Below, one piece after another: positions 17,946 through 27,297 of a stretch of DNA of 64,000 bases; the first letter of the stretch is position 1, and the number at the start of each line of letters is the position of its first letter. Source of the DNA: an uncultured Actinomycetota bacterium (lineage in GTDB: Bacteria; Actinomycetota; Actinomycetes; Mycobacteriales; CADCTP01); the NCBI GenBank assembly GCA_963766325.1, contig CAVXZF010000013.1, forward strand, positions 71,653-135,652, given 5' to 3'. The notes below the pieces were generated by a model. It was not told the DNA's origin. It did no database searches and worked only from the letters and a program-made list of their open reading frames with translations. The position numbers and the translations under genes were made by a program.

Positions 17946-19534
17946 GCGAGCCGGGACACCGCCGCGCACAGCCGGTCGTGCACGGCCAGCTCGGCCTGCA
18001 CCGGGCCTAGCACGTGCTCGTCGGCGACCTGCTCGACCCGAGCCCGGATGCGGCGCCGGGCGGTGCGGGTCCGCCGGCGGGCGCCGGCCGCGGCGAGCCG
18101 CCGGGCCAGCAGCGCGAGCAGCAGGCCGACCAGCGCGCCGCCGATGAGCAGCAGGGTCGGCAGCGGCACCCGGCCGACGTACGGCAGCGGCGGCTCCGGG
18201 AAGCGCAGCCAGTCCAGCGCCAGCAGGCCGAGCAGCCAGACCAGCCCGGAGATGGTGGCCACCGCGAGCACGGCCTGCAGGAAGCCGGCCGGCAGCCACC
18301 AGCGCGGCCGGCGGCCGAGGCCGAGGTCGGTGCCCGCGACCGTACGGTCCAGCAGGTCCGGCAGTTGCGCCGACCCGGCGGTGGAGGCCCGCCGGACCAC
18401 CCCCGGCCAGGGGTCGGCCAGCCCGCTGGTGGCGTGGTCGGTGAGCGTGCGCAGCGCGGTGTCCACCCGGGCGCGCTGCACCGCCGACGGCCCGGGCAGC
18501 GAGGTCCGCACCAGCTCGGTCGGCTCGGTGGGCAGCCGCAGCCGGCGCACCGGGTCCGGACGCAGCTTGCGCACCCAGCGGGTGAACGGCCAGCCGGTCA
18601 CCGCGGCCGCCTGCGCCCGGTGCGAGCGGGCGATCGCGATGCCGATGGTCTCCGCGCCGGCGGCGTCGGTCAGCGCTTCGACCAGCGCGGTCCGGTCCTC
18701 GGCGCGTACGGCGGCGCGGGCACCGTCCGGGCAGCTGCCCCGCAGCGCGTCGGCGGTCCGGCGGACGTCGGCCTCCAGCCGCTGCACGGCGGCCTCGTGG
18801 GCGGCGGCGCGCGAGGCGAGGGCCGCGCGCAGGTCGGCCAGCCCCTCGCCGGTGGTGGCGGACGCGGCGAGCACCGGCACGCCGCCGAGCCCCTCGGCGC
18901 CGAGCAGCCGGCGCAGGTCGGCCAGGCAGGCGTCCCGCGCGGCCGGGTCGAGCCGGTCGACCTGGTTGAGCACGACCAGCATCACCCCGGCGTGGCCGGC
19001 CAGCGGGCGCAGGTAGCGGTCGTGCAGGGCGGCGTCGGCGTACTTCTGCGGGTCGACCACCCAGACCAGCAGGTCGACCAGCTCGACCAGCCGGTCGACC
19101 TCGAGCCGGTGGGCGAGCTTGACCGAGTCGAAGTCGGGCAGGTCGAGCAGGACCAGCCCGCCCGGCGCGACGCCGTCGGAGCCGGCCGAGTGCCGGCGCG
19201 GCACCTCCAGCCAGTCGAGCAGGTCGCCGGCGGACTCCTCGCCCCAGACGACGGCACTCGCGGTCGACGTCGTCGGGCGCCGTACGCCGACCTGGGCCAC
19301 CGGGTCCCCGGCGAGCGCGTTGAAGAGCGAGGACTTGCCGCTGCCGGTGGCGCCGGCCAGCGCGACCACGGTGTGCCCGGCGCCGAGCCGCAGCCGGGTG
19401 CCGGCCTTGCCCGCCACCCGCTCCGCCTCGGCGACCACCGACCCGGCCAGCCGCCCCCGCGCCAGCTCCACCACCTCGTCCAGCGCGGTCAGCCGCTCCG
19501 CCAGCCCTCCCCCGGCCCCCCGACCCCGCCTCAC
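17942..19534 (-). CDS. dynamin-like GTPase with C-terminal transmembrane hairpin (DynB-like)
   Basis: GTG start preceded by AGGAGG. P-loop GATGSGKSSLFNAL, LLDLPDFDS, LNQVD. C-terminal hydrophobic helices (AVLAVATISGLVWLLGLLAL, LLLIGGALVGLLLALLA). Confidence 0.78.
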   Translation of the reverse strand: MRRGRGAGGGLAERLTALDEVVELARGRLAGSVVAEAERVAGKAGTRLRLGAGHTVVALAGATGSGKSSLFNALAGDPVAQVGVRRPTTSTASAVVWGEESAGDLLDWLEVPRRHSAGSDGVAPGGLVLLDLPDFDSVKLAHRLEVDRLVELVDLLVWVVDPQKYADAALHDRYLRPLAGHAGVMLVVLNQVDRLDPAARDACLADLRRLLGAEGLGGVPVLAASATTGEGLADLRAALASRAAAHEAAVQRLEADVRRTADALRGSCPDGARAAVRAEDRTALVEALTDAAGAETIGIAIARSHRAQAAAVTGWPFTRWVRKLRPDPVRRLRLPTEPTELVRTSLPGPSAVQRARVDTALRTLTDHATSGLADPWPGVVRRASTAGSAQLPDLLDRTVAGTDLGLGRRPRWWLPAGFLQAVLAVATISGLVWLLGLLALDWLRFPEPPLPYVGRVPLPTLLLIGGALVGLLLALLARRLAAAGARRRTRTARRRIRARVEQVADEHVLGPVQAELAVHDRLCAAVSRLA

Positions 19535-19628
19535 TCCGCACCTCCTGCCACGTGACCCACTGCCGGTGAGTTTCCCGGCCGCCGGTACGGCGTGTCGCTC
19601 ACCGACGCCGCGTCAGGTGGGGTGGGGG

Positions 19629-21416
19629 TCATCGGCGGCCGCCGCGGTGGGGCCAGCGGGAAGGGGGTGGGGAGGGGGGTGGGGGTGGCGCGGCGGGGGC
19701 GGGGCGGGAGACGGTGAGAGTGGCGCGGCGGAGCTGTTCGAGGGTGGCGGCGGCGGTGCGGAGGGCGTCGGCGGCATCCGGCGCGGGTGCGGCGCCGGCG
19801 ACCAGGGACCGGAAGCGGTCCGCCTCGGCGGACAGCAGCGTCTCCACCCGGTCGAGCAGGTCGGCCCGGGCCTCGGCGGCCAGCGCCCGTACGGCGGCGT
19901 CGCCGAAGACGGCCTCCAGCACCTTCTGGCTCAGCGCCGAGGTGCCCCCGGCGACCACCACCTCGGCGCCGGTGAGCCCGCCGGTGCTGGCGAAGACCGC
20001 GAGCATGACGACCAGCCCGGCCCCGTTGACCCCGAAGGAGGCCAGCCGGGCGGCGGTCCGCCGCTCCGCGCCCTGCTCGGTGACCAGCTGCAGCACCCGG
20101 CCCTGCCAGGCGCGGACCTCGTCCCGCAGCCGGTCGGAGAAGTCGGCCGACACGTGCGCGAGGTCCGGCGAGAGCAGCGCCGCCCCGGCCGGGCGGGCCC
20201 GCCAGGCCTCGGCGGAGTCCTCGGCGGCCCGGTCGGCGGCCGCCCGGACCAGCGACTCCAGGCTGCTCTCCACCGCCTGGGCGACCTCGGCGTCGGCCAG
20301 CGGTCGGCCGGTGAAGGCGGACGCGATCCGGTCCCGCAGCCGGCTCACCCGGGCCTGCAGCGACCGCAGCAGCTCGCCGGTCCCGACGAACTCCTGCCAC
20401 CGCGCCAGCACCTCCCCGCGCAGCACCGACCCGCCGCGGATGCCGTCGTCGACCTCCCGGCAGGCGGCGGCGTACCGGGCGTCGACCTCGTCGCGCAGCG
20501 TGCCGGCCGTCACGGCCTGCTCGGCGGTGTGCCGGGCCAGCGCCGGCACCCGCTCGCCCATGCTGCGCAGCGCGCCGTCCAGCGTGGAGCGGACCACCTC
20601 GGCGCGGGTGGCGGCGTCAGCGGCAAGCCCGGTCAGCCAGCCGCGCAGCGCGGCCACGGCGGCCTCCGGGATGCGGCCGCCGGCCAGCGCCGCCTCGGGC
20701 ACCGGGAACAGCGCGGCCCGGCTCAGCCCGCCGTCGCGGAGCATGGCTCCCAGGTGCGGGGTGACCTCGTTCACCGCCTCCGGCGGCACCCGGTTGAGCA
20801 CCACGGCGAGCGCGGTGCCGCGCTGCTGGGCGGTGTGGAGCAGGTCCCAGGGGACGGCGTCGGCGTACCGGGCCGCGGTGGTCACGAAGACCCACAGGTC
20901 GGCGGCGGCGAGCAGCTGCGCGGCCAGCTCCCGGTTCTCCGCGACCACCGAGTCGATGTCGGGGGCGTCCAGCAGCGCGAGCCCGGCCGGCACCGCCGGA
21001 TGGGCGACCACCCGCAGCGTGCGGGCGTTGCCGGCCGCCGGCCCGTCGCCGGTGAGCCGGGCCAGCCCGGGCAGCACCCGCGCGCTCTCGAACCAGTGCG
21101 TCTCCCCCGGCGCGCACACCAGCACCGGCGCGCGGGTGGTCGGGCGGAGCACCCCGGCCGGGCTCACGTCGGCGCCGACGAGCGTGTTGACCAGCGTGGA
21201 TTTGCCCGCCCCCGTCGAGCCGCCGACGACCGCAAGCAGCGGCGCGTCCAGCTGGGCGAGCCGGGGCAGGAGGTAGTCGTCGACCTGGTCGACGATCTCG
21301 GCCCGGGACCGCCGGGCCTCGGCGGCACCGGGCACCTCCAGCCCGAGCCGGACCGCGGCGGCCCGGTCGCGCAGCACGGTGAGCGCGGCGGGCAGCTCGG
21401 GCAGGGTCTCGGACAC
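19629..21416 (-). CDS. dynamin-like GTPase (DynA-like)
   Basis: Start taken as GTG 21416 (VSETLPELP...); this choice is uncertain. P-loop GGSTGAGKSTLVNTL, LLDAPDIDS, LNRVP. Hydrophobic paddle-like segment GAGLVVMLAVFASTGGLTGAEVVVAGG. Confidence 0.75.
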   Translation of the reverse strand: MSETLPELPAALTVLRDRAAAVRLGLEVPGAAEARRSRAEIVDQVDDYLLPRLAQLDAPLLAVVGGSTGAGKSTLVNTLVGADVSPAGVLRPTTRAPVLVCAPGETHWFESARVLPGLARLTGDGPAAGNARTLRVVAHPAVPAGLALLDAPDIDSVVAENRELAAQLLAAADLWVFVTTAARYADAVPWDLLHTAQQRGTALAVVLNRVPPEAVNEVTPHLGAMLRDGGLSRAALFPVPEAALAGGRIPEAAVAALRGWLTGLAADAATRAEVVRSTLDGALRSMGERVPALARHTAEQAVTAGTLRDEVDARYAAACREVDDGIRGGSVLRGEVLARWQEFVGTGELLRSLQARVSRLRDRIASAFTGRPLADAEVAQAVESSLESLVRAAADRAAEDSAEAWRARPAGAALLSPDLAHVSADFSDRLRDEVRAWQGRVLQLVTEQGAERRTAARLASFGVNGAGLVVMLAVFASTGGLTGAEVVVAGGTSALSQKVLEAVFGDAAVRALAAEARADLLDRVETLLSAEADRFRSLVAGAAPAPDAADALRTAAATLEQLRRATLTVSRPAPAAPPPPPSPPPSRWPHRGGRR

Positions 21417-21445
21417 GTACGGATCGTGTCCGCGCAGCGACCCGG

Positions 21446-22333
21446 TCAACCCTCCGGCCGCGCGCGCAGCCGGATCAGTGCCGGGTCGGCCAGCCAGGCG
21501 CGCGGGCCGAAGCTCGCGCACCGCACCGCCGCCACCTCGGCCGCGTACGCCAGCGCGGCCACCACCTCGCCGACGCCTGCCTCCGTTCCGGCGAGGGCGT
21601 GCAGCAGCGCCCCGTGGTACGCGTCGCCGGCCCCCAGCGTGTCCACCGCGGTCACCGCCGGCACCGGCACGACCCCGGACCGCCCGCCAGCCCACCACCG
21701 CACCGGCTGCGGCCCGGCGGTCACCGCGACGACGCGGACCCCGTACGCGCGCAGCGCCGCCGCCGAGTCCGCGGCGGTCGCGCAGCCGGGCACGCGGAAG
21801 TCGGCCGAGCACACCGCCACGTCGACCGCGGGCAGCAGCTCGGGCAGGTCCGGCTTCCAGCTGCCGCCGTCCAGCAGGACGAGCCGCCCGGCCCGGGCGG
21901 CGGCGAGCGCGAGCCGCGGGTGGTGCCCGTCGACCAGCACCGCCGCGGCCTCCCCGGCCAGCGCCGCCAGCGGGGGCGGCGGCACCGCCGACACCCCGGC
22001 GGCGTTCACCGAGACCACCGACCGCCGCCCGTCGGGCGCGACCACCGCGCTGGACACCGGCGGCGGGTCGGTCCGGTCCGGGGTCGCGTCGAGCAGGGCG
22101 ACCCCGCGCCCGCGCAGCTCGCCGGCCGCGGCCGCGGCCAGCGGGTGCCGGCCCAGCGCGGTGACCAGCGTGACCGCCGAGCCGAGCGCGGCGGCGGTCA
22201 CCGCGGCACCGGCGGCGGGGCCGCCGGCCGCCACTTCCTGGGCCCTGGCCTGCACTTTCTCGTCCGGACCGGGGGTCGCCGCGGCCGCGTAGACGAGGTC
22301 GAGCGTGCACAGACCGACCGCCAGAACGCGCAT
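21446..22333 (-). CDS. PfkB-family carbohydrate kinase
   Basis: 295 aa. DTLGAGDAYHGALL (PfkB signature). Confidence 0.85.
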   Translation of the reverse strand: MRVLAVGLCTLDLVYAAAATPGPDEKVQARAQEVAAGGPAAGAAVTAAALGSAVTLVTALGRHPLAAAAAGELRGRGVALLDATPDRTDPPPVSSAVVAPDGRRSVVSVNAAGVSAVPPPPLAALAGEAAAVLVDGHHPRLALAAARAGRLVLLDGGSWKPDLPELLPAVDVAVCSADFRVPGCATAADSAAALRAYGVRVVAVTAGPQPVRWWAGGRSGVVPVPAVTAVDTLGAGDAYHGALLHALAGTEAGVGEVVAALAYAAEVAAVRCASFGPRAWLADPALIRLRARPEG

Positions 22334-22443
22334 CTGTCACCTCCGAGCCGTCAGCCGTCGTTCACGTCATGTCTTCCCGTCCGGGGGCAGGGGTGGTTAC
22401 GGTCCGCCCGTCAGCTCCCTTGACGACCCAGCAAGGAGCCCAG

Positions 22444-24615
22444 GTGACGGACATCGTCGACCCCACCCGGCCGCGGCTGCCGCTGGCCGAGGTCCACCAG
22501 CCCGGCTGGTCCCGCAGCTCCATGACCTGCCTCTACCGGTGCGGCAACGCCTGCGCGCACCCGGTCCCCAACCAGACCGACAACGAGTACTTCGGCGACA
22601 TCGTCGAGAAGGTCGTGTCCCGCCGCGGCGTGCTCAAGGCCAGCGCGGTCGGGGCGCTGGTCGCCGGTGCCGGGGTGGCCGGGGCGCTGCCCGCGGCGGC
22701 CGCGCCCGCCGCCCCGGCGGCGCCCGCGGCCGGCGCCGCCCGCGGCGGCCGCCCGGACACCTCCGGCAGCGCGCTGACCTTCCCCGCGGTGCCGCCCAAC
22801 CAGCTGGACACCGTGGTGGTGGCCAACGGCTACGACTGGTCGGTGGTGATCCGCTGGGGCGACCCGGTGCTGCCCGGCGCGCCGGCGTGGGACCCGGCCA
22901 ACCAGACGCCCGCCACGCAGGCGGCCCAGTTCGGCTACAACTGCGACTTCCTCGGCGTGCTCCCGCTCGGCCGCCACGGCGACCGGGCGCTGCTGTGGTC
23001 CAACCACGAGTACACCAACGAAGAGCTCATGTTCCCCGGCTTCACCTCGCACGACGCGCTCACCGTGGACCAGGTCCGGGTCGCGATGCTGGCGCACGGC
23101 GGCTCGATCCTGGAGATCGAGCGGGTCGGCGACACGGGGCAGTGGCGGAGGGTGACCCGCGGCGGCCGCAAGTACAACCGGCGGATCACCGCGATGACAC
23201 CGATGCGCTTCACCGGCGGCGCGGCCGGCAGCGCGCTGCTGCGCACGAACGCCGACCCGACCGGCCGGCGGGTGCTCGGCATGCTCAACAACTGCGCCGG
23301 CGGGGTCACCCCGTGGGGCACGATCCTCACCGGCGAGGAGAACTTCAACCAGTACTTCGTCGGCGGCGACGCGGTCCCGGCGGCGGACAAGCCGGCGCTG
23401 GCCCGGTACGGGATCAGCACCACCGCGCGCTACCCCAGCGGCTCGCGCAAGTGGGAGCGGGCCGACCGGCGCTTCGACCTCGCGGTCGAGCCGCACGAGG
23501 CCAACCGGTTCGGCTACATCGTCGAGATCGACCCGTACGACCCGGACTCGACGCCGCGCAAGCACACCGGGCTCGGCCGGTTCAAGCACGAGGGCGCCAA
23601 CATCAAGGTCGGCAACGACGGCCGGGTCGCCGCGTACATGGGCGACGACGAGCGGTTCGACTACATCTACAAGTTCGTCTCGTCCCGCAAGATGCGCCGC
23701 GGGCACAGCCGGGCCGACCGACAGTGGAACATGCGGCTGCTCGAGGACGGCACGCTCTACGTCGCCAAGTTCACCGGCGACTCGCCGCCGGCCGAGATCG
23801 ACGGCAGCGGCCGGCTGCCCTCGGACGGCGAGTTCGACGGCTCGGGGCAGTGGATCCCGCTGACCGACGGCAAGCGCAGCTTCGTGCCCGGCTTCACCGT
23901 CGAGCAGTGCCTGGTGCACACCCGGCTGGCCGCGGACGCGGTCGGCGCGACCAAGATGGACCGGCCCGAGGACGTCGAGCCCAACCCCGTCAACGGCAAG
24001 ATCTACGCCGCGCTGACCAACAACGTCGACCGGGTGGTGACCACGCCGGTCCCGCCGAGCGGCCGGGTGGCGGGGGTGGACGAGGCCAACCCGCGCCCGA
24101 CCAACCGGCACGGGCAGGTGCTGGAGATCACCGAGGCCCGCGACGACGCGGCCGCCACCACGTTCGCCTGGGCGCTGCCGATCGTCTGCGGCGACCCGGC
24201 CGACCCGTCGACGTACTTCGCCGGGTACGACAAGACCAAGGTCAGCCCGATCTCCAGCCCGGACAACGTGGCCTTCGACCGGCCCGGCAACCTGTGGATC
24301 GCCACCGACGGCAACGCGCTGCCGCCGGTCAGCGGCACCGGCAAGAACAACGACGGCCTGTTCGCGATGCCGCTGGAGGGACCGGAGCGCGGGCACCTCA
24401 AGCAGTTCGCCACCGTGCCGGTCGGGGCGGAGACCTGCGGGCCGTTCATCACCGCCGACCAGCGCACGGTCTTCATCGCCGTGCAGCACCCCGGCGAGGT
24501 GGCCGGGTCGACGTACGACAACCCGGCCTCCACCTGGCCGGACGGCAGCAAGCCGCGGCCGTCGGTGGTGTCCATCTGGCGGATCGCGGAAGGCAGCAAG
24601 CGGATCGGCGCCTGA
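22444..24615 (+). CDS. phoX: PhoX-family (DUF839) secreted phosphatase
   Basis: GTG 22444 follows AAGGAG. Tat-like signal SRRGVLKASAVGALVAGAG. WSNHEYT, NNCAGGVTPWGTILTGEEN, RFGYIVEIDP, GRFKHEGA, PDNVAFD. Confidence 0.85.
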   Translation: MTDIVDPTRPRLPLAEVHQPGWSRSSMTCLYRCGNACAHPVPNQTDNEYFGDIVEKVVSRRGVLKASAVGALVAGAGVAGALPAAAAPAAPAAPAAGAARGGRPDTSGSALTFPAVPPNQLDTVVVANGYDWSVVIRWGDPVLPGAPAWDPANQTPATQAAQFGYNCDFLGVLPLGRHGDRALLWSNHEYTNEELMFPGFTSHDALTVDQVRVAMLAHGGSILEIERVGDTGQWRRVTRGGRKYNRRITAMTPMRFTGGAAGSALLRTNADPTGRRVLGMLNNCAGGVTPWGTILTGEENFNQYFVGGDAVPAADKPALARYGISTTARYPSGSRKWERADRRFDLAVEPHEANRFGYIVEIDPYDPDSTPRKHTGLGRFKHEGANIKVGNDGRVAAYMGDDERFDYIYKFVSSRKMRRGHSRADRQWNMRLLEDGTLYVAKFTGDSPPAEIDGSGRLPSDGEFDGSGQWIPLTDGKRSFVPGFTVEQCLVHTRLAADAVGATKMDRPEDVEPNPVNGKIYAALTNNVDRVVTTPVPPSGRVAGVDEANPRPTNRHGQVLEITEARDDAAATTFAWALPIVCGDPADPSTYFAGYDKTKVSPISSPDNVAFDRPGNLWIATDGNALPPVSGTGKNNDGLFAMPLEGPERGHLKQFATVPVGAETCGPFITADQRTVFIAVQHPGEVAGSTYDNPASTWPDGSKPRPSVVSIWRIAEGSKRIGA

Positions 24616-24675
24616 CCGCCGGGCATCCGGGGCGGGTCGGGGCAACCGGCCCGCCCCGGGCCGTACGGTGGCGGG

Positions 24676-25989
24676 ATGATCGACGACGGCCTGCGCTTCC
24701 CGCCCGGCTTCCTCTTCGGGACGGCCACGGCGGCGTACCAGATCGAGGGCGCGGTGGCCGAGGACGGGCGCGGGCCGTCCATCTGGGACACCTTCAGCCA
24801 CACCCCGGGCACCACCCGGGACGGCGACACCGGGGACGTCGCCTGCGACTCCTACCACCGCTCGGCCGAGGACGTCGCGCTGATGGCCGGGCTGGGCACG
24901 CAGGCCTACCGGTTCTCGATCTCCTGGTCCCGGGTGCAGCCGACCGGCTCCGGCCCGGTCAACCCGGCCGGCCTGGACCACTACTCCCGGCTGGTGGACG
25001 AGCTGCTGGCGGCGGGCATCGCGCCGGCGGCGACGCTCTTCCACTGGGACCTGCCGCAGGCGCTGCAGGACGCCGGCGGCTGGCGGTCGCGGGACACCGC
25101 CGAGCGCTTCGCCGAGTACGCCGCCGCGGTGGCCGGCACGCTCGGCGACCGGGTGGCCATGTGGATCACGCTCAACGAGCCGGTCGTGCACACCTTCAAC
25201 GGGCACGTCGAGGGCAGCCACGCCCCCGGCCTGCAGCTCGGCTTCGACGCGCTCGCCGTCGCGCACCACCAGCTGCTCGCGCACGGGCTGGCGGTGCCGG
25301 CACTGCGGGCCGCGTCGGCCGCGCCGGTGGGCATCACCAACAACTACTCCCCCGCCGACCCGGCGACGCCGGCCGACGCGGACGCGGCCGCCGGGGTGGA
25401 CGTGCTCTACAACCGGCTGTTCACCGACCCGGTGCTGCTCGGCCGCTACCCGGTCGACGTGCCCGGAGTGGCCGGCGGCGACCTCGCCGCCATCGCCGCG
25501 CCGGTGGACTTCCTGGGCGTCAACTACTACTTCCCGCAGCAGGTGCGGGCCGACCCGGCCGCCGCGCTCGGCTTCACCTCGGTGCCGGCGCCGGGCGAGC
25601 CGCGCACCGCCTTCGACTGGCCGGTGCTGCCGGACGGGCTGCGGCGCACGCTGCTCGACCTGCGCTCGGCGTACGGCGACGCGCTGCCGCCGGTGCACGT
25701 GACCGAAAACGGGATGGCGCACGACGACACCGTCGGTCCGGACGGAACGGTCGACGACCCGGCCCGGGTGTCCTACCTGGACGGTCACCTGCGGGCCGTG
25801 CGGGCCGCGATCGACGCCGGGGTGGACGTCCGCGGCTACTTCTGCTGGTCGCTGCTGGACAACTTCGAGTGGGCCGAGGGCTTCTCCAAGCGCTTCGGGC
25901 TGGTGCACGTCGACTTCGCCACCCTGGCCCGCACGCCGAAGACGTCGTACGGCTGGTACCGGGACCTGATCGCCGCGCAGCCACGCTGA
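24676..25989 (+). CDS. GH1 beta-glucosidase
   Basis: FLFGTATAAYQIEG, TLNEP (acid/base Glu), VTENG (nucleophile Glu). Confidence 0.92.
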   Translation: MIDDGLRFPPGFLFGTATAAYQIEGAVAEDGRGPSIWDTFSHTPGTTRDGDTGDVACDSYHRSAEDVALMAGLGTQAYRFSISWSRVQPTGSGPVNPAGLDHYSRLVDELLAAGIAPAATLFHWDLPQALQDAGGWRSRDTAERFAEYAAAVAGTLGDRVAMWITLNEPVVHTFNGHVEGSHAPGLQLGFDALAVAHHQLLAHGLAVPALRAASAAPVGITNNYSPADPATPADADAAAGVDVLYNRLFTDPVLLGRYPVDVPGVAGGDLAAIAAPVDFLGVNYYFPQQVRADPAAALGFTSVPAPGEPRTAFDWPVLPDGLRRTLLDLRSAYGDALPPVHVTENGMAHDDTVGPDGTVDDPARVSYLDGHLRAVRAAIDAGVDVRGYFCWSLLDNFEWAEGFSKRFGLVHVDFATLARTPKTSYGWYRDLIAAQPR

Positions 25990-25998
25990 GCCGCGCCG

Positions 25999-27255
25999 AT
26001 GCTGCCCGAACGGGTCGAGGTGGAGCCGGCGCGCCCGGTCCGCGCGCGGTTCGTCGCCACCCTGGCGCTGGCCAACCTGGCGCTGTGGATGGGGTTCTTC
26101 ACCCCGATCCAGCTGCTGCTGCCCCAGCAGCTGGAGGACATCGACGCCGACGGCAAGGTCGGCGCGCTGGGCTGGGTGACCGGCGCCGGCGCCGCGGTCG
26201 CCGTGCTGGTCACCCCGCTGGCCGGCGCGCTGTCGGACCGGACCACGTCTCGCTGGGGGCGCCGGCTGCCCTGGCTGGTCGGCGGCACCCTGGCCGCCGC
26301 GGCCGCGTTCGTGGTGCTGTCGCGGCAGTCCACCGTCCTCGGCGTGCTGGTCGGCTGGTGCCTGGCCCAGGCGTGCCTCAACGCCGCGTACGCCGGGCTG
26401 ACCGCCGAGGTGCCCGACCACGTGCCGGTCCGCCAGCGCGGGGTGGTGTCCGGCTGGTTCGGGCTGCCGCAGGCGGTCGGCGTGGTGGTCGGCGTCGCCC
26501 TGGTCACCTCGTTCACCACCACGTCCGGGGCCGGCTACCTGCTGGTGGCGGCCGTGATCGCCATGCTGGTGCTGCCCTTCGCCGCCGTCACCCGGGACGC
26601 CCGGCTGTCCCGGACGGACCGTCCACAGTGGTCGTGGTCCGGCTTCGCCCGCGGCTTCTGGGTCAGCCCGCGCCGGCACCCGGACTTCGGCTGGGCCTGG
26701 CTGACCCGCTTCCTCATCTCGCTCGGCAACGCGCTGGGCACCCTCTACCTGCTCTACTTCCTACGCGACCGGGTCGACTACGAGCGGCTCTTCCCGGGCC
26801 AGACCGCTGAGGACGGCGTGCTGGTGCTCATCCTCATCTACGCGGCCGGCGCGGTGGCCACCGCGGTGGTCGGCGGGGTGCTCTCCGACCGGTCCGGCCG
26901 GCGCAAGCCGCTGGTCATCGCGTCCAGCGTGGTGATGGCGGCCGGCGCGGTGCTGCTCGCGGTCTCGCCGACCTGGACCGCAGCGCTGGTCGCGGCCGGG
27001 CTGCTGGGCACCGGCTACGGCGTCTACATGGCCGTCGACACCGCGCTGATCACGCAGGTGCTGCCGACCGCCGGCGACCGCGGCAAGGACCTCGGCGTCA
27101 TCAACATCGCCAACGCCGCGCCTCAAGTGCTGGCGCCCGCGCTCGCCGCGCCGGTGGTGGCCAGCCTCGGCGGCTACCCGGTGCTGTACGGGCTGACCGC
27201 GCTGGTCACCCTGCTCGGCGCGGTGCTGGTGCTCCCCATCCGCTCGGTGCGCTGA
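25999..27255 (+). CDS. MFS transporter (glycoside-type context)
   Basis: 418 aa with multiple hydrophobic helices. LSDRTTSRWGRRLPW loop motif. Starts 10 nt after the beta-glucosidase stop. Confidence 0.85.
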   Translation: MLPERVEVEPARPVRARFVATLALANLALWMGFFTPIQLLLPQQLEDIDADGKVGALGWVTGAGAAVAVLVTPLAGALSDRTTSRWGRRLPWLVGGTLAAAAAFVVLSRQSTVLGVLVGWCLAQACLNAAYAGLTAEVPDHVPVRQRGVVSGWFGLPQAVGVVVGVALVTSFTTTSGAGYLLVAAVIAMLVLPFAAVTRDARLSRTDRPQWSWSGFARGFWVSPRRHPDFGWAWLTRFLISLGNALGTLYLLYFLRDRVDYERLFPGQTAEDGVLVLILIYAAGAVATAVVGGVLSDRSGRRKPLVIASSVVMAAGAVLLAVSPTWTAALVAAGLLGTGYGVYMAVDTALITQVLPTAGDRGKDLGVINIANAAPQVLAPALAAPVVASLGGYPVLYGLTALVTLLGAVLVLPIRSVR

Positions 27256-27297
27256 GCACGGCGCTGGGCCTCCTGCGTGACCGTCTCGCCAGAGGTC

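Noticed and set aside
22305-26810. Very long ORFs of 1501 aa (+) and 1422 aa (22411-26679, -) spanning the phoX-bgl-MFS region
   Set aside because: They are off-frame or antisense to three genes with clear family motifs. Their translations are Arg/Gly/Pro/Ala-rich with no motifs, the typical high-GC artefact.
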